From contig JAXLNO010000362.1 in NCBI GenBank assembly GCA_038087875.1, forward strand, positions 186,001 through 250,000: a stretch of DNA of 64,000 bases. Reading direction: 5' to 3'. The translations under genes and the position numbers were made by a program. Every line of letters starts with the position of its first letter. The stretch's first letter is position 1. Under the pieces are notes generated by a model. That model was given only the letters and a program-made list of their open reading frames with translations. It had not been told where the DNA came from and did not search any database. The stretch is from Malacoraja senta. Lineage: Eukaryota. This document shows positions 1 to 13,490 of this stretch, piece by piece.

Positions 1-2060
1 GCCTGATGCAGCCACACACGGAAGTGGCCATCAGGATGAGTGTGACGTTGGGCCCGCTTTTACCCTTTGTCCGCCAACCTGTGTATTTTGTCCCATCGCA
101 CCCGGTCCATCCTCGACCCCCGGATGAACTGAAAGACGGCCCGGGTGATCCCTGTGGCATAGGAGGGAGGGACAGGCCACACTTGTGCCAAGTACAGCAG
201 CCCCGAGAGCACCTCACACCTGATGACCAAGTTCTTTTCCCGTTATAGAGAGGAGCGTTGCTTCCACAGCTCCAGTTTCTTCCCAACCTTGGCTATGCTC
301 TCCAGAAAAATCTTGTCACATGCCTCAGCCCCCTCGAACCAGATCCCCAGCACCTTCAGGCTTGATGGTGAAGGGGATGGAAGAACGGTCGGGCCAGTTG
401 CCAAAGAGCAAGGCCTCGCACTTCCTGCGGTTCACCCTGGCTCCCGTGGCCGACTCAAATTGGTCGCAGACGCTAATCAATCTGCGGACCAACCCTGGAT
501 CCGAGCAGAAGACAGCGACATCGTCCATGTACAGGGAGGTTTTGACCCGACTGTCCCCACTGCCTGGCAATGTCATTCCTCTTATGCTCGCATCCTTCCT
601 GATGGACTTGGCAAAAGGTTCAATACAACAGACGAACAAGACGGGGAGAGAGGGCAACACTGCCTGACTCCAGACCTGACGGGGAAGCTGTCTGATTCCC
701 ACCCATTGATTTGGACTGCACTACAGATATCGGTGTAGAGCAGTTGGATCCAATTACTGATTCTTTCCTCAAAGCCCATTTTGGAGAACACGTCCCTCAT
801 GTACGTGTGCAATGTCCTGTTGGAGGCCTTCTCCTGGTCCAAGCTGACCAGGCAGGCATCCACCTGTCTGTCCTGCATGTAGGAAATGGTATCTCTCAGC
901 AGCGCCAGGATGTCTTTGATTTTTCTGCCAGGTACAGCACAGGTTTAGGTTGCATGGATCACCCATCCCAGGCCAGACATGACCCGGTTGACGATGGCCT
1001 TAGACAGCATCTTGTAATCAACATTCAATAATGTGATGGGTCTCCAATTCCTTATATCATTCATCTCCCCCTTATGCTTGTAGATTAGGGTGATGCTGCC
1101 CTTCCTCATAGAGTCTGACATGCTGCCGGTAGAGCATGTCACTGTGCACTTCCAGCAGGTCCGGGCCCACCCAGTCCCACATAGCTGAATACAACTCGGC
1201 CGGTAAGCCATCGCTTCTGGGAGTTTTACCCGAGTCAAAGGAACGGATGGAACCAGACAGCTCCTCTAGGGTCAGTTGTTGGTTCAGACGCTCCTGCTTG
1301 CTGTCCTCCAAGACCTCCGTGATAGAGGACAGGAAGTTCTGGGAGTCGTTGCTGTCTGTGGCCTTTCTGTCGCACAACTCCATAGAAAAGGATGTGAAGA
1401 TCCTCAGCATGTCTGTCTGCAAGGATGTTACCGAGCCGTCCTCCTCCCTAAGGCTGTTGATCACAGAGCTCCCCCTGTGAACCTTATGGAAGAATAAGCG
1501 TGAGCACGTCTCATCCTGCACCATGTGGCGGTCCCTGCATCGGAAGATGATCTTGGAGGATTCGGAGGTAAAGAGCTGAGTATTCCAGCCCTTCAACTGT
1601 CTAAGTTCCTCCCTCACATCCCCCTCTCGACTGCTGAATGAGCAGTTGCTACAATTCTGTCTGGAGTTGACACAATTCCCTCTGACTCTGCCTTGCTCTG
1701 TAAACCCCTTTAAATATGAATAACCTCGTGATGTTCTCCTGGGTTGCTTCCCACCAGTGTGTCAGGGAGTCAAAGAGGGGCCTCACCATTCTCCAACATG
1801 CATAGTCCCACTTTAGCTCCTCAATGTACTCTGGGTTAACAGCTTCACATTTAACTTCCACGTCCCTCTGCCTGCCTTCCGGTTCACATTAGTCAGCTGG
1901 AGCGGAGAGCCACGGTACATTACATCCACCACCAGCAGATGCCCCCCCCCCCAACCACCTCCCTGACCTCAGTGATGGCGAAGCTCCCTCCCCGCAGCAA
2001 GATCCCCGGACTGGAAGCGCGACCGTCATTGCCCCCCAGGCACGTGCGATCAGGGTAGGC
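1..2060 (-). mobile_element. Degenerate Tx1/L1-clade non-LTR retrotransposon ORF2 (endonuclease + RT), frameshifted, continues past the window start
   Basis: Successive minus-strand ORF pieces: GILLRGGSFAITEVREVVGG (APE endonuclease), KTPRSDGLPAELY, NWRPITLLNVDYKML, LVSLDQEKA, SGVRQCCPLSP, SLYMDDVAVF (RT core). Confidence 0.85.
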
Positions 2061-2460
2061 AAGGTAGGCACTGCATACCCTGACTAAAATTATAAAATGG
2101 TAATTACTAAATGTAAATAGTAAAGGCATGGGTGAAATATGTCTATCTAAGAGATCGATCTCTTAGGTAGGCATAATTCTCCGTGCCTTTCATCCGCAGC
2201 ACTTGTAACACACGAAGATCTGTGCAGCCCATGTGCCGTCAGCGCTACTTCAAGCCGTCAATTTCAAGGGGAGCTGAAGGCAGCAGAAATTCTGTCTTTG
2301 CTGTACTAGTTTGTTGGCAGGTTTTCAAATATGGATTGCCATTATCTGAAGAATATCTTAGGAAACAAAGAGAGAAGAATGGAGTTTGTGTACCAATAAT
2401 GTGGTAAGTACATTTCTTAGTGCTATATGTTTTTAAATACCGTATTTCCCGGGGTGGTGG

Positions 2461-3162
2461 GGGGGGAGAGTCCCTTTCACAGCGTTTGGGGAGTCTGGCC
2501 TGGGGTAAAGTTGCGGGGAGGGCAGGAGTGTTGTGAAGGAGGGGGTCGGGATCATGCCTCTTGTGACGCTACTTGCACGGAGGCATGCAATGCCACCGCA
2601 TTGAGGCCGGGGGGGGGGGAGAAGTAGCTCGGGTGGCTGTGAGCGGCCGCCGGGCCGGACAGCGGAACCGGCCGCCACCTCAGCGCCTTCTGCCAGCCCC
2701 CGCTCACCTCTGGCAGCTCTCCATCTAAAAACCTCTCTCCTGCCGATCGCTGGCCTCACTCATGTCAGCCGCTTCCCGCAAATCCTTAATTTCCGACAGC
2801 GCGATTTAGTTTACTCAGCTGTGGGAATTTAAGGATTTGCGGGAAGCGGCTGACATGAGCGAAGTCGGCGAGTGGCAGGTGAGAGGTGTCCAGACGGAGA
2901 ACACTGCCAGAGGTGAGCGGGCTGGCAGAAGGCGCCGAAGGAGCAGCCAGTTCTGCTGTCGGGTTCCGGCAGCTGCTCGCAGCCACCCGAGCTGCTCCTA
3001 TCCCCGGCTACAATGTGGTGGCTCCACGTCCGGAGCACCACAGCAGCGGTGAGTGAGTTACTGGCATTATCCCAGACCCCCTCCTTCTCAACACTCCTGC
3101 CTTCCCCGTAACTTTACCACTGACACAGACTCTCCACATGCTGTGAAAGGAACTGTCCCCCC
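2461..3162. repeat. Long imperfect inverted repeat (arms ~2461-2800 and 2818-3162, 17-bp spacer), CpG-rich and promoter-like
   Basis: 2759-2789 is the exact reverse complement of 2829-2859. Similarity continues outward, e.g. 2461 ggggggagagtccctttcacagc versus revcomp of ~3140-3161 gggggacagttcctttcacagc. Confidence 0.9.
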
Positions 3163-3439
3163 AATTGGTCCCTTGAACAAGTGTTGTCATTCAATAAGAT
3201 GACAACTGATTCAAGTTTTCCCTGTACTCCCATTTTTCCCCACCATCTCTCCACCTGCCATCACCCTTCACCCCCCACCCATTCACTAATTGAGAATAAA
3301 GGAGACTTGGAAGCCTTGGGCAAATTGAATTGTTACTGTCTTTATTTATTTATTTTTAATTTTTACAGAGAGAACAATCTGCGCATGTGCAGTTTAAGTT
3401 TTTTATAAAAAGCCGACTGACTGCCGACCCTGATCAATT

Positions 3440-4070
<631 letters not shown>

Positions 4071-6838
4071 AAAGTCAGAACATCACAGACGCTGCGATCC
4101 AGTTGGAGGGACTTATGCTATACAGAGCTGATAGAGTAGCTTCGCTAGCTGGTAAGGCAAGAGGAGGGGGGCTGGCTGTATATGTGAACAGATCATGGTG
4201 CCGGGATGCTGTGATGACTTCCACTTACTGCTCACCCCATGTAGAGCTAATGACTGTGAAATGCCGACCCTTCTACTTACCCAGGGAGCTAACGGCAGTC
4301 TTCATAACGGCCGTCTATGTACCACCGAGCGCGGACGTGAAGGATGCTATGACAGAACTCTATAACAACATCAGTGAGCAGCAGAGGGAACATCCAGATG
4401 CTTTCTTCATGGCAGCTGGGGATTTCAACCAGGCAAGTCTTACATCTGTTCTGCCTAAATTTTACCAGCATGTGAACATTGCAACCAGGGGAAAGAACAA
4501 ACTAGATCTGGTGTACACCAACATTAAAGATGCATATAGAGCAGCCCCCCTCCCCCATATCGGCAACTCTGACCACCTGGCGGTTATGCTCACACCTGCA
4601 TACAGACCCAGGGTGAAACAGGACAGGCCAACGGTCAAAGAAGTCAGAACATGGCCACAGGGAGCTACCGCAGCACTACAAGACTGTTTTGAAACCACAC
4701 AGTGGGCCATTTTCAGAGAGGCAGGAACAGATGACAGTAGCATCAACCTCCAAGAATACACAGAATCCGTCATCGGATACATCAATAAATGCATTGATGA
4801 TGTAACGGTGGTAAAAACCATCAGGAGGCGTGCCAATCAGAAACCTTGGCTAACTGGGGAAGTGTGTTCCCTACTGAGAATCCGGAATGCTGCATTCAAA
4901 TCTGGGGACAACGCAGCATACAAACTGGCAAGGTGTAACCTATCCCGGGGGATCAGGGAAGCGAAGAGGCTGTATGGACAAAAACTAAACAGCCACTTCG
5001 CAAATGACAAAGACACACGTCGCTTGTGGCAGGGATTTCATACCATCACGGACTACAAGCCCCCCCCGCTGCGGATATGCCAAAACGACCCCTCTCTACC
5101 AGATGAACTGAACGAGTTCTACGCACGGTTTGAGGTTGGAAACACCACCCAGACACGTGCACTACTGCCATCTCCCAGTGACCAGTCGCTCAGGCTGTCA
5201 GCAGCCGGAGTTAAAAAGGCCTTTGCCAGCATCAACCCACGCAAAGCTGCAGGGCCGGATAACATTCCCGGATGCGTTTTAAGAGACTGCGCCGAGCAAC
5301 TGAAAGATGTTTTCACAGACATTTTTAACATCTCACTCAGCCAGGCAGTAGTGCCCAACTGTCTTAAGAGTGCCACCATCGTCCCTGTCCCGAAGAAACC
5401 AAACCCAGCCTGCCATAATGACTTTCGACCAGTGGCTCTAACACCCATAGTAATGAAGTGTTTTGAGCGACTGGTTATGCAGCATATCAAAAATAGTCTA
5501 CCTGCCGACCTAGACCCACTGCAGTTCGCCTACAGAGCCAACCGATCCACAGAGGACGCAGTCTCAACAACACTGAACCTCGTACTGTCACACCTTGATC
5601 GGAAAAATACTTATGCCAGGATCCTCTTCATAGACTTCAGCTCTGCTTTTAATACAATCATTCCGCAGCAGTTGGTGGAGAAGTTGGAGCTATTGGGAGT
5701 TGATGCTGGCACATGTAACTGGGTCCTGAACTTTCTGTCGCAACGGCAGCAGACAGTCAGGGTGGGCAGTAGGACATCAAAAACCATAGCCGTGAGCACT
5801 GGCTCGCCCCAAGGCTGTGTCCTAAGCCCCCTGCTGTTTAGTCTGCTAACACACGACTGTACTGCTAGACTCAACAACAACTTCATCAACAAGTTCGCTG
5901 ATGACACAACAGTGGTGGGTCTCATCAGTGACAATGATGAGTCGGCGTACAGGATGGAGGTGGAGCTGCTCACAGGATGGTGCAAATCCCACAACCTCAT
6001 TCTCAACGTGGGAAAAACGAAGGAGATGGTGGTTGACTTCAGGAGGGCGGGAAAACAACACCATACACCTCTGCACATCGATGGAGCTGATGTGGAAAGG
6101 GTCAACAGCGTGAAGTTCCTAGGACTCCACCTGTCAGATGACCTGACGTCCACGACCAACACCACAGCACTGGTCAAGAGAGCCCAGCAGCGACTACACC
6201 CTCTCCGAAGACTACGTAAAGCAGGTCTCCCCACTACACACCTACGAACTTTTTATAGGGGGACAATCGAGAGCACATTAACCTACGGCATCACTTCCTG
6301 GTTCGGGAGCTGCAAGGCGTACGAACGGCACCAACTAGACAGGATTGTGAAGACCGCCAGTAGGATTATTGGTGCTCCACTCCCTTTCCTGCTGGACATA
6401 TACAGGAAGAGATGTATCAGCAGAGCCATCTCCATCATCAAAGACCCCTACCACCCATCCCATCACATATTCTCCATCCTGCCATCTGGGAAGAGGTACC
6501 GGAGCATTAGGTGCAAAACCAGCAGGATGCTCCTCAGCTTCTTCCCGCAGGTTATAAGACTGATAAACGGACTTTGTCCCCTGCCAAAGTATCGTGCACC
6601 AACCACCAACCTGGACACACTGCAGCAGAGCCACTGTCGTGCCGCTGCCGATCGGAACGCCTGTTGATGTTTAGTAGAGTAGAGTGTTAATTTGTTCATG
6701 ACATATGTATTTTTACTTCTATTTATTTTTTACTGCACACACTGAAATGGACACTGGTTGAGGAACGTTTTTTTGTTTCCTCTGGGTATGCGAATACTCA
6801 GGAAATAACAATAAAGATATACAATACAATACAATACA
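4071..6838 (+). mobile_element. Rex1/Babar-clade LINE, 5'-truncated, with open ORF and (ATACA)n tail
   Basis: 854-codon open frame 4103-6667; AATAAA at ~6810 followed by (ATACA)4; inserted inside a zinc finger. Confidence 0.92.
4103..6667 (+). CDS. Endonuclease/reverse transcriptase of the Rex1/Babar LINE (N-terminus truncated)
   Basis: [18 protein letters not shown] (APE endonuclease); [39 protein letters not shown] (RT); no internal stops. Confidence 0.9.
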   Translation: MEGLMLYRADRVASLAGKARGGGLAVYVNRSWCRDAVMTSTYCSPHVELMTVKCRPFYLPRELTAVFITAVYVPPSADVKDAMTELYNNISEQQREHPDAFFMAAGDFNQASLTSVLPKFYQHVNIATRGKNKLDLVYTNIKDAYRAAPLPHIGNSDHLAVMLTPAYRPRVKQDRPTVKEVRTWPQGATAALQDCFETTQWAIFREAGTDDSSINLQEYTESVIGYINKCIDDVTVVKTIRRRANQKPWLTGEVCSLLRIRNAAFKSGDNAAYKLARCNLSRGIREAKRLYGQKLNSHFANDKDTRRLWQGFHTITDYKPPPLRICQNDPSLPDELNEFYARFEVGNTTQTRALLPSPSDQSLRLSAAGVKKAFASINPRKAAGPDNIPGCVLRDCAEQLKDVFTDIFNISLSQAVVPNCLKSATIVPVPKKPNPACHNDFRPVALTPIVMKCFERLVMQHIKNSLPADLDPLQFAYRANRSTEDAVSTTLNLVLSHLDRKNTYARILFIDFSSAFNTIIPQQLVEKLELLGVDAGTCNWVLNFLSQRQQTVRVGSRTSKTIAVSTGSPQGCVLSPLLFSLLTHDCTARLNNNFINKFADDTTVVGLISDNDESAYRMEVELLTGWCKSHNLILNVGKTKEMVVDFRRAGKQHHTPLHIDGADVERVNSVKFLGLHLSDDLTSTTNTTALVKRAQQRLHPLRRLRKAGLPTTHLRTFYRGTIESTLTYGITSWFGSCKAYERHQLDRIVKTASRIIGAPLPFLLDIYRKRCISRAISIIKDPYHPSHHIFSILPSGKRYRSIRCKTSRMLLSFFPQVIRLINGLCPLPKYRAPTTNLDTLQQSHCRAAADRNAC

Positions 6839-6888
6839 AGGACTCAGTAGCTTTCACTGTTCACCTGAGAGCCTGTGTTGAACAGTAA
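6839..6888 (+). pseudogene. 3' half of the terminal zinc finger of the 3440-4070 array
   Basis: CPVCRKS before the LINE joins (K)DSVAFTVHLRACVEQ* after the LINE tail. Confidence 0.65.
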
Positions 6889-7164
6889 CACAGAGAAAGG
6901 TCACCAATTTTCAGTGTTATTATTTCCTTTATATTATTTCATTTTATATTATTTCAGTTCTCTCCGTTTGAATTACTTTGAGTAATTATTTGTTTTCAAA
7001 CAGTATTAATATTGGCACTTGCTGTATTTCCCTCTTTATAATGATACTTTGCGTGGAGAAGTCTGGCGTATAAGGGATGGGTCCGTGATTTCCCACTCCC
7101 TGCGTGAATTGGGGGACCAGGGACAGATATCATAGCCGCATGTCCGACCCTCTTTAAACTGTCA

Positions 7165-7458
7165 GGAAGTCAGGACTGGAGTCTGGGAGTCGCCGCGTGT
7201 CTGAGGAGAGGAAGAGGGGTCACACTGACCCTGGAGTCTGGAGCATCAGGCCGCAGGGTGATGAGTTTGATGCACTCACCTCTCCTCCATCCCATCTCCC
7301 TGCCCGTCCCATCCCCCGGAGGGTGGGAGTTTATCTCAGTTACGAGTCCGAGACAGTTTAATTTTACGACGCAGACACCAAGTCCCATCTCCACACCTTC
7401 ACTGGGAATAAATTCATGGAGAAACTTTATCCTTTCTTCGAGACTTGGGATGAAAGTA
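7165..7458 (+). pseudogene. TRIM-type B30.2/SPRY domain relic (C-terminal part)
   Basis: Manual translation: WSLGVAA / GVWSIRPQGDEFDALTSPPSHLPARPIPRRVGVYLSYESETV*FYDADTKSHLHTFTGNKFMEKLYPFF; TAA at 7359-7361 plus frameshifts. Confidence 0.88.
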
Positions 7459-7859
7459 CCAACGACCAGTACCAACGAGGTGGCGAGAACATTTTACATC
7501 CAAATCTTTAGAGATTATGTTTTGCCATCCATGTTTCCTGAGTTTACAAATTGATATTTTATCGCTTCAAGCTTAAGCTTTTAACTTTTCTATGAAGTAA
7601 CTGGAATTTTTACTCGCTGTACTTTGTCCTGGAAATCAATCAACGATGGGGAATCTACACCTTACATTTGCCGTTTTGACATATGTGCCTCCAAAGAAGA
7701 TTTTTATGCCTTTGGACATCTCGTCAGCAATACAACTCGACCCGCCCACCATTTTGTATATGGGCGTGTCCCTCCTTTTTTGATTCACCTTTGAAGATCA
7801 CTGAAGACATGCGGTGAGCTTGTTCCATTTATCTGTTATGTCATCAACGTCATAACCAC

Positions 7860-9860
7860 ACCTCAAGCTTCAGTGTGGCTCTTGGGAGATTTCATTCTTC
7901 CTGATGTAGACTGCGAAAATTTAAAGTTCACACCGGGTGGATCTTATGCTGGAACTAGTAAAGCAATGTTGGAAATTGCACTCGATCACAACTTACATCA
8001 ACAAGTGAAAGAACCGACTAGACCTAACATCCTTGATTTGTGTTTCACAAACTCACCATCAGAGGTAATTCCTGGTATCAGCGACCACAAGGCAGTGATT
8101 GTGAACGTATCGGTGGAACCAAAGTTAGTCCGGCCAGCCATGCGTAAGATTTTTCTCTGCAAGAAAGCAAAGTTTGAAGACATCAGGGACAGGTTCAGGA
8201 ACTTCAGTGAGAAGTTGACTTCTGACTACATTGAGTCAAAGACTGTTAATGAGCTAGTGACTGAATTGAACCGAGTTGTCCAGAATGCTATGGAAACATT
8301 TATACCCTCCAAAAATTACTTCTTCGAGATGGAAATTACCCTGGATAAATAATTCCATCAAGAGAAACATTTGTAAAAAGAGGAGCCTGTACAAAAAAGC
8401 CAAGAAATATGACTTTTCAGCAGCCTGGGGCATTTTCAAACAGCATCGCAGACACACAGACGCGAAAATTAGGAAAGCCAACAAGGAGTATATCCATGAT
8501 ATCATCGGTGGGAGAGTAACAACACCAAATCGTTCTGGAATTTCTTCAAGTCGAAACGGCAAGAGGTGTTTGGTCTCAACATTGTCTTCATCTGATGGCA
8601 CCAAAGTTTGCTCTGCTAAACACAAGGCAAGCGTTGTTGACGTGCAACACGGTTTCCACAAGGGACGTTCCTGTGACACTCAATTATCTGCTCTTGTTGA
8701 CGACTTTGCAAAGATTTTGGATGATAAAGACCAGGCGTACCTGATCACCATGGACGTCAGTAAGGTGTTCGATTCAATGCCCCACTAACGTCTTTTGATG
8801 AAACTTCGTCACATGGGAATTAAAAACAACGCATTGAAGTGGATTGATTCTTTCCTTCCAAACCGGTTGTGCTGGAGGGTGTTTCTTCCAACAGAACTAA
8901 AGTTTCATCTGGGATTCCCCAGGGTACACTCCTGGGACCCCTATTTTTGGCATATATCAATGATCTGCCTGCAAAGGTCCACTCAAAGGTTAGACTCTTT
9001 GCGGATTACTGTGTTCTCTGTAATAGAATGCAATCCGTTGAGGATTCGGAGAGATTCCAACAAGACCTTGATGCTTTAGATTAGTCAAATGGTAAGGAGA
9101 TTGGCAGATGTCTTTCAATTCTTCCAAGTGCTTCAGTATTAGAGTCACCCACAGGAGGAAACCGGTTACCACGAAGTACAAGATGGGGCACTCCACCCAG
9201 GAAGAGGTGAAACATCATCCCTACATGGGAGTGGAACTTAGCAGTGATTTGAAATGGTCTATTCACATCAACCAAAGAATCACCAAGGCTAACAAAATGC
9301 TGGGATTGCAGAAGAAAAATATTTATCTGATGAGACCCAAACTTGAGTATTGCTCAAGTATTGAGTATTGCGGTCTGGGATCCACAAAACAAAACAGATG
9401 GGGACAAGTTAGAAAGAATTCAAAATAGAGCTGCAAGGTTTATCGTTGATGATTACAGCAGGGAATCCAGTATCACTAAAATCCTTGCTAATCTAGAGTG
9501 GGAAACTCCTCAAGACCGTAGGACCAAATTAAATCTGCGACCATCTATAATGAAACGCACTGGTTTATTCCAAGCAACATCAAGAGTCATTATCGATCTA
9601 CAAATTCATCCAATCAACCAAAGACCTGGCAATCGGGGGTTATCAAATAAAACATCAACCCAACAAATAAAGACTGTTATAGGTATTCACTGCACCCAAA
9701 GACAATTCACAAATGGAATAATCTCCACTATGACATTCGCACTGCACCCGACATCAAGACTTTCAAGACCAAGCTGGAAACAATCAATATTAAGATGCTG
9801 ACTTTGCACATGACCCACCTAATGTAGGCGACAACCCGTGATGGCGATTATATGTCAAGA
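7860..9860 (+). mobile_element. Old, internally deleted LINE of a family distinct from the local CR1s (RTE-X or invertebrate CR1-like)
   Basis: WLLGDFILPD, EPTRPNILDLCFTN, GISDH, QHGFHKGRSCDTQL, GIPQGTLLGPLFL, RLFADYC, ERIQNRAARFIVDDYSRESSIT. Confidence 0.8.
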
Positions 9861-10012
9861 TAAGAAACAGACTGCATCTTCTGACTGGGATAAACTGCCC
9901 CCACTGGGATATTCTGACTGTGCGGGATCGGTCCTGTTGTGAAGCAGACTGGTTGTCGCACTCAGTTCATCAACACGGCGATTGATAAATCAGCCTTTTT
10001 TGTTGCCGCAAG

Positions 10013-10400
10013 TCAGGAGTGACCCAAGGACACTGTCATCCCTGCACTGTTGCATTTACCACGGTGGAGTTCCTTACATGGCACTTAAGAAGGCATCCTA
10101 AAGCCCCCAGACCAATGTCAGCTGGATAACCCAGATTCACAATGTAAACGTGGGCAGAGTCCGTTCACACCATCTGATGGAAGGAGTGAAATTGAAAAAT
10201 CTGGTGATCAACAAGAACGACAAAGGGGAGACGGCATGAATGTGTAGAATGTGGGAAGTGTTTCACGTGGGCAGGGAACCTCCACCGACACCTGTAGATC
10301 CACACCGGATAGAGGCCATACAAATGTTCTGACTGTGGGAAGAGCTTCACATATTCAGGGGTCCTCCAGAAATACCATTGGATACACACTAGTTCTCATA
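10013..10400 (+). pseudogene. PRDM9-like terminal-exon relic: single atypical C2H2 finger, linker, then a tandem C2H2 array
   Basis: 10031-10096 HCHPCTVAFTTVEFLTWHLRRH after a pyrimidine tract; ~45-codon linker; [36 protein letters not shown]. Confidence 0.7.
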
Positions 10401-10500
10401 GTGCAGCAATACTCATAAATCTGGTGCACTTGGGAATTTGGTGCTGTATGGCAGATTTTCCAGGCTATTGCATATCATAATATTAGTTCACTTGCATTGT

Positions 10501-10750
10501 TTAGTTTAGTTTAGAGATACAGCACGGAAACAGGCTGTCGGCCTACCGAGTCCACTGCGACCAACGATTCACGCACATTAACACTATCCTACACACACTA
10601 GGGACAATTTACAGTTATACCAAGCCATTTAAGCTGCAAACCTGTACGTCTTTGGTGTGTGGGAGGAAACCAAAGATCTCAGAGAAATTCCATGCAGGTC
10701 ACGGGGAGAACGTACAAGAACCCGTACAGATAGAACCCGTAGTCAGGATC
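10501..10750 (-). mobile_element. tRNA-derived SINE (HE1-like), 3' part
   Basis: Reverse complement of the family tail gggcctgtttccgtgctgtatctctaaactaaactaa and of the body seen at 61201-61511. Confidence 0.75.
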
Positions 10751-13329
10751 AAACCAAATAAAACCATTCTCATTGTTCCAACGCAGCAGACAAAATCTTG
10801 CGGAACAGCACCACGTCTGGGTGTGGTGCAATCCTTGAGGTCGTCATTAATACGGGCAATTTCAGATAACCAGCCTTTCCAGTTTGTATCAGAACTGGCC
10901 ACATCATGTGACTGCATCCAGTTCTGATGAAGGTCATTGATCTGAAAATACATTTTGCCGAAGACATTTGTACATGGATAAGAAAGGTCAGAGGGCTATG
11001 GGTGAAATGTGGGCGAATAGGATCAGCTTAGAGGAGGCATCTTGATCAGCATGGACAAGTTGGGCCGAAGAGTCTGTTTCTACATGACCGTGAAACATGA
11101 ACTGTTTCTTTCTCCACAAGATGCTGCCCGACTGGATGAGTATTTCAAGCATTTTCTGTCATTATTTCTTTGTTATCTTATCCTTAATCGTTGTCCAGCC
11201 CCGATTTGACTTGTTTGAGGGGTAGGTTGTCCCCAGCTTTCGGACACATTAAAATACAGCTCGTGCACATGAGCGAGTGTCTGGGAGATGTGGGATGGAT
11301 TTACTGGCTGTTACGGGGCTACAGACATCTTCTGTCATGTGGGAACTCTATTCACAGCCGCATGTTCCGTTTGGGAACAGTTCCCAGGAAGGGAACCCTG
11401 CCGTAACCGGGGGGAATGACCTGCACCATCTCCATAGCAACTTTTGTTGCATCCAATGCAAGTGTTCTGTCCCAGGCCATCTTTGTGCTTCCAACACACC
11501 ACGCCTCACAGTCACAACTGATGCTCTGACTTCCAGTCTGCAAGTGTTAAACATCACAGTTTCAGCACAATCTCACCATATACCCAATTAACACATGTTG
11601 TATGTAGGAAGGAACTGCAGATGCTGGTTTAAACTGAAGATTGACACAAAAAGCTGGAGTAACTCAGCGGGTCAGACAGCATCTCTGGAGAAAAGGAATA
11701 GGTGACGTTTCGGGTCAAGTCAGGAAAGGGGCAACGAGAGATATAGATGGTTGTATGATACGATATGATAGAACTTTATTTATCCCAGGAGGGAAATTGA
11801 ATATATAGAGAGAGATAGAACAAATGAATGCAAGAAATGTAAAAATATATAACGATGATAAAGGAAATAGGACATTGTTAGCTGTGGGCTTGTTGAAAAC
11901 GAGTTACAGACAATGAGACACAACAAGATGACTTTGAAACTAGTACAATGACATGGGTAGGGACGGGAGGGAGAGAGAGGGGATGAAAGGGTTACTTGAA
12001 GTTAGATAAGTCAGTATTCTTCCCAAAGATAGACACAAAATGCTGGAGTAACCAAGCGGGACATGCAGCATCTCTGGAGAGAAGTAATGGTGATGTTTCA
12101 GCTCGGAGGGTGGTGATTCTGTGGAATTATTTGCCACAGAAGGCTATGCAGGCCAAGCCAATGGACATTTTGGGGTTATGGGGAGAAGGCAGGAGAATGG
12201 GGTTGGGAGGGAGCAATCAGGCATGATTGAATGACGGAGTAGACTTGATGGGCCAAATGGCCTAATTCTGCTCCAATCACTTATGACCTGCGTGGGTTTT
12301 CGCCAAGATCTTGGAAACAAGATCAGGAAACATGTTCCCGATGTTGAACGGAGACGAGGAAACACTTTTTCTCACAGAGAGTGGTGAGTCTGTGGAATTC
12401 TCTGCCTCAGAGGGCGATGGAAGCAGGTTCTCTGGATGCTTTCAAGAGAGAGCTAGATAGGGCTCTTAAAATAGCAGAGTGAGGAGATATGGGGAGAAGG
12501 CAGGAAAGGGGTACTGATTGGGGATGATCAGCCATGATCACTTTGAATGGCGGTGCTGGTTCAAAGGGCCGAATGGCCTACTCCTGCACCTATTGTCTAT
12601 TGCCTATCTTCAGTTTCCTCCCACAGTCCAAAGACGTAAAGATTTGAAGAATAATTGGTTTGGTATAAGTGGAAATTTTCCCTAGTGTGTGTAGGATAGT
12701 GTTAGCGTGCGGGATCGCTGATCGGTGTGGACTCGGTGAGACGAAAGGCCTGTTTCCGCGCTGTATCTTTAATCTCTAAACGAAACTAAAATGGAGTCCC
12801 AACCCAGATAGGTAGAACCTTCCCATTGAAACACTTACTAATCACTTGAATCCCAGTAGATTACGACATCACGTATCTGATTTCCTTTGATCCGTTTTTG
12901 GCAGGTCACAACAAACAATGAACCTGTAAAGCAAAGAATCGCAGATGCTGAAAATCTGAAATAAAAATAGTAGACATTTTTTTTAAATCAGCAGGTTAGA
13001 CAGCAGTTCTGGAGAAAGAAACAGTTCAGTTTCGGATCAGAGACCCTTCACCAGAATAGAAAAGAGCAAAAACTAGTTATTTTTCAGTTGTAGAGAGGGG
13101 TTAGGGTGGATTGGTGGCACAAAGGGGCTATCACTGATGGGGCAAGAACAGATGAGGAAACGTAGTATTTGGAGTCAACAATTAGAATAAGATGATGGTA
13201 CAAGGAGCTGCAGACCCGACTATACTAACAGTACAATAAAACGGACGTGTAAGAGATTAAACTCACCCAGAGGGTGGTTGTAATCTGGGGCACGCTGCCT
13301 GAGGAGATGGTGGAGGCTTGAACTTTCCC

Positions 13330-13490
13330 TGCTGCTGCAGGAGATGCTCCACTGCAGGAGGTGCTCAACTGGAGAAGCTTCACCACACTGTAACAGCAAC
13401 AGCTCCACTGTAAAAGCAACTCCATTGCAGGGAGCTGCTCCACTGCAGGGCGGCTGCATTACTGCAGGAGTTGCTCCACTGCAGCATCTG
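13330..13490. repeat. Degenerate ~18-21-bp tandem repeat (GCTCCACTGCAGGAG-like)
   Basis: About 7 variants of gctccactgcag in series. Confidence 0.6.

Noticed and set aside
2321..2403. Exon-like segment bounded by cag and gtaagt
   Set aside because: No frame gave a recognisable PRDM9 (SSXRD/SET) or other motif
4289..6699. Numerous antisense ORFs over LINE sequences throughout the window
   Set aside because: Shadow frames of RT coding sequence
10750..11540. Two unique-looking segments with minus-strand acceptors (~10941, ~11537)
   Set aside because: No recognisable protein; could be non-coding exons but unsupported
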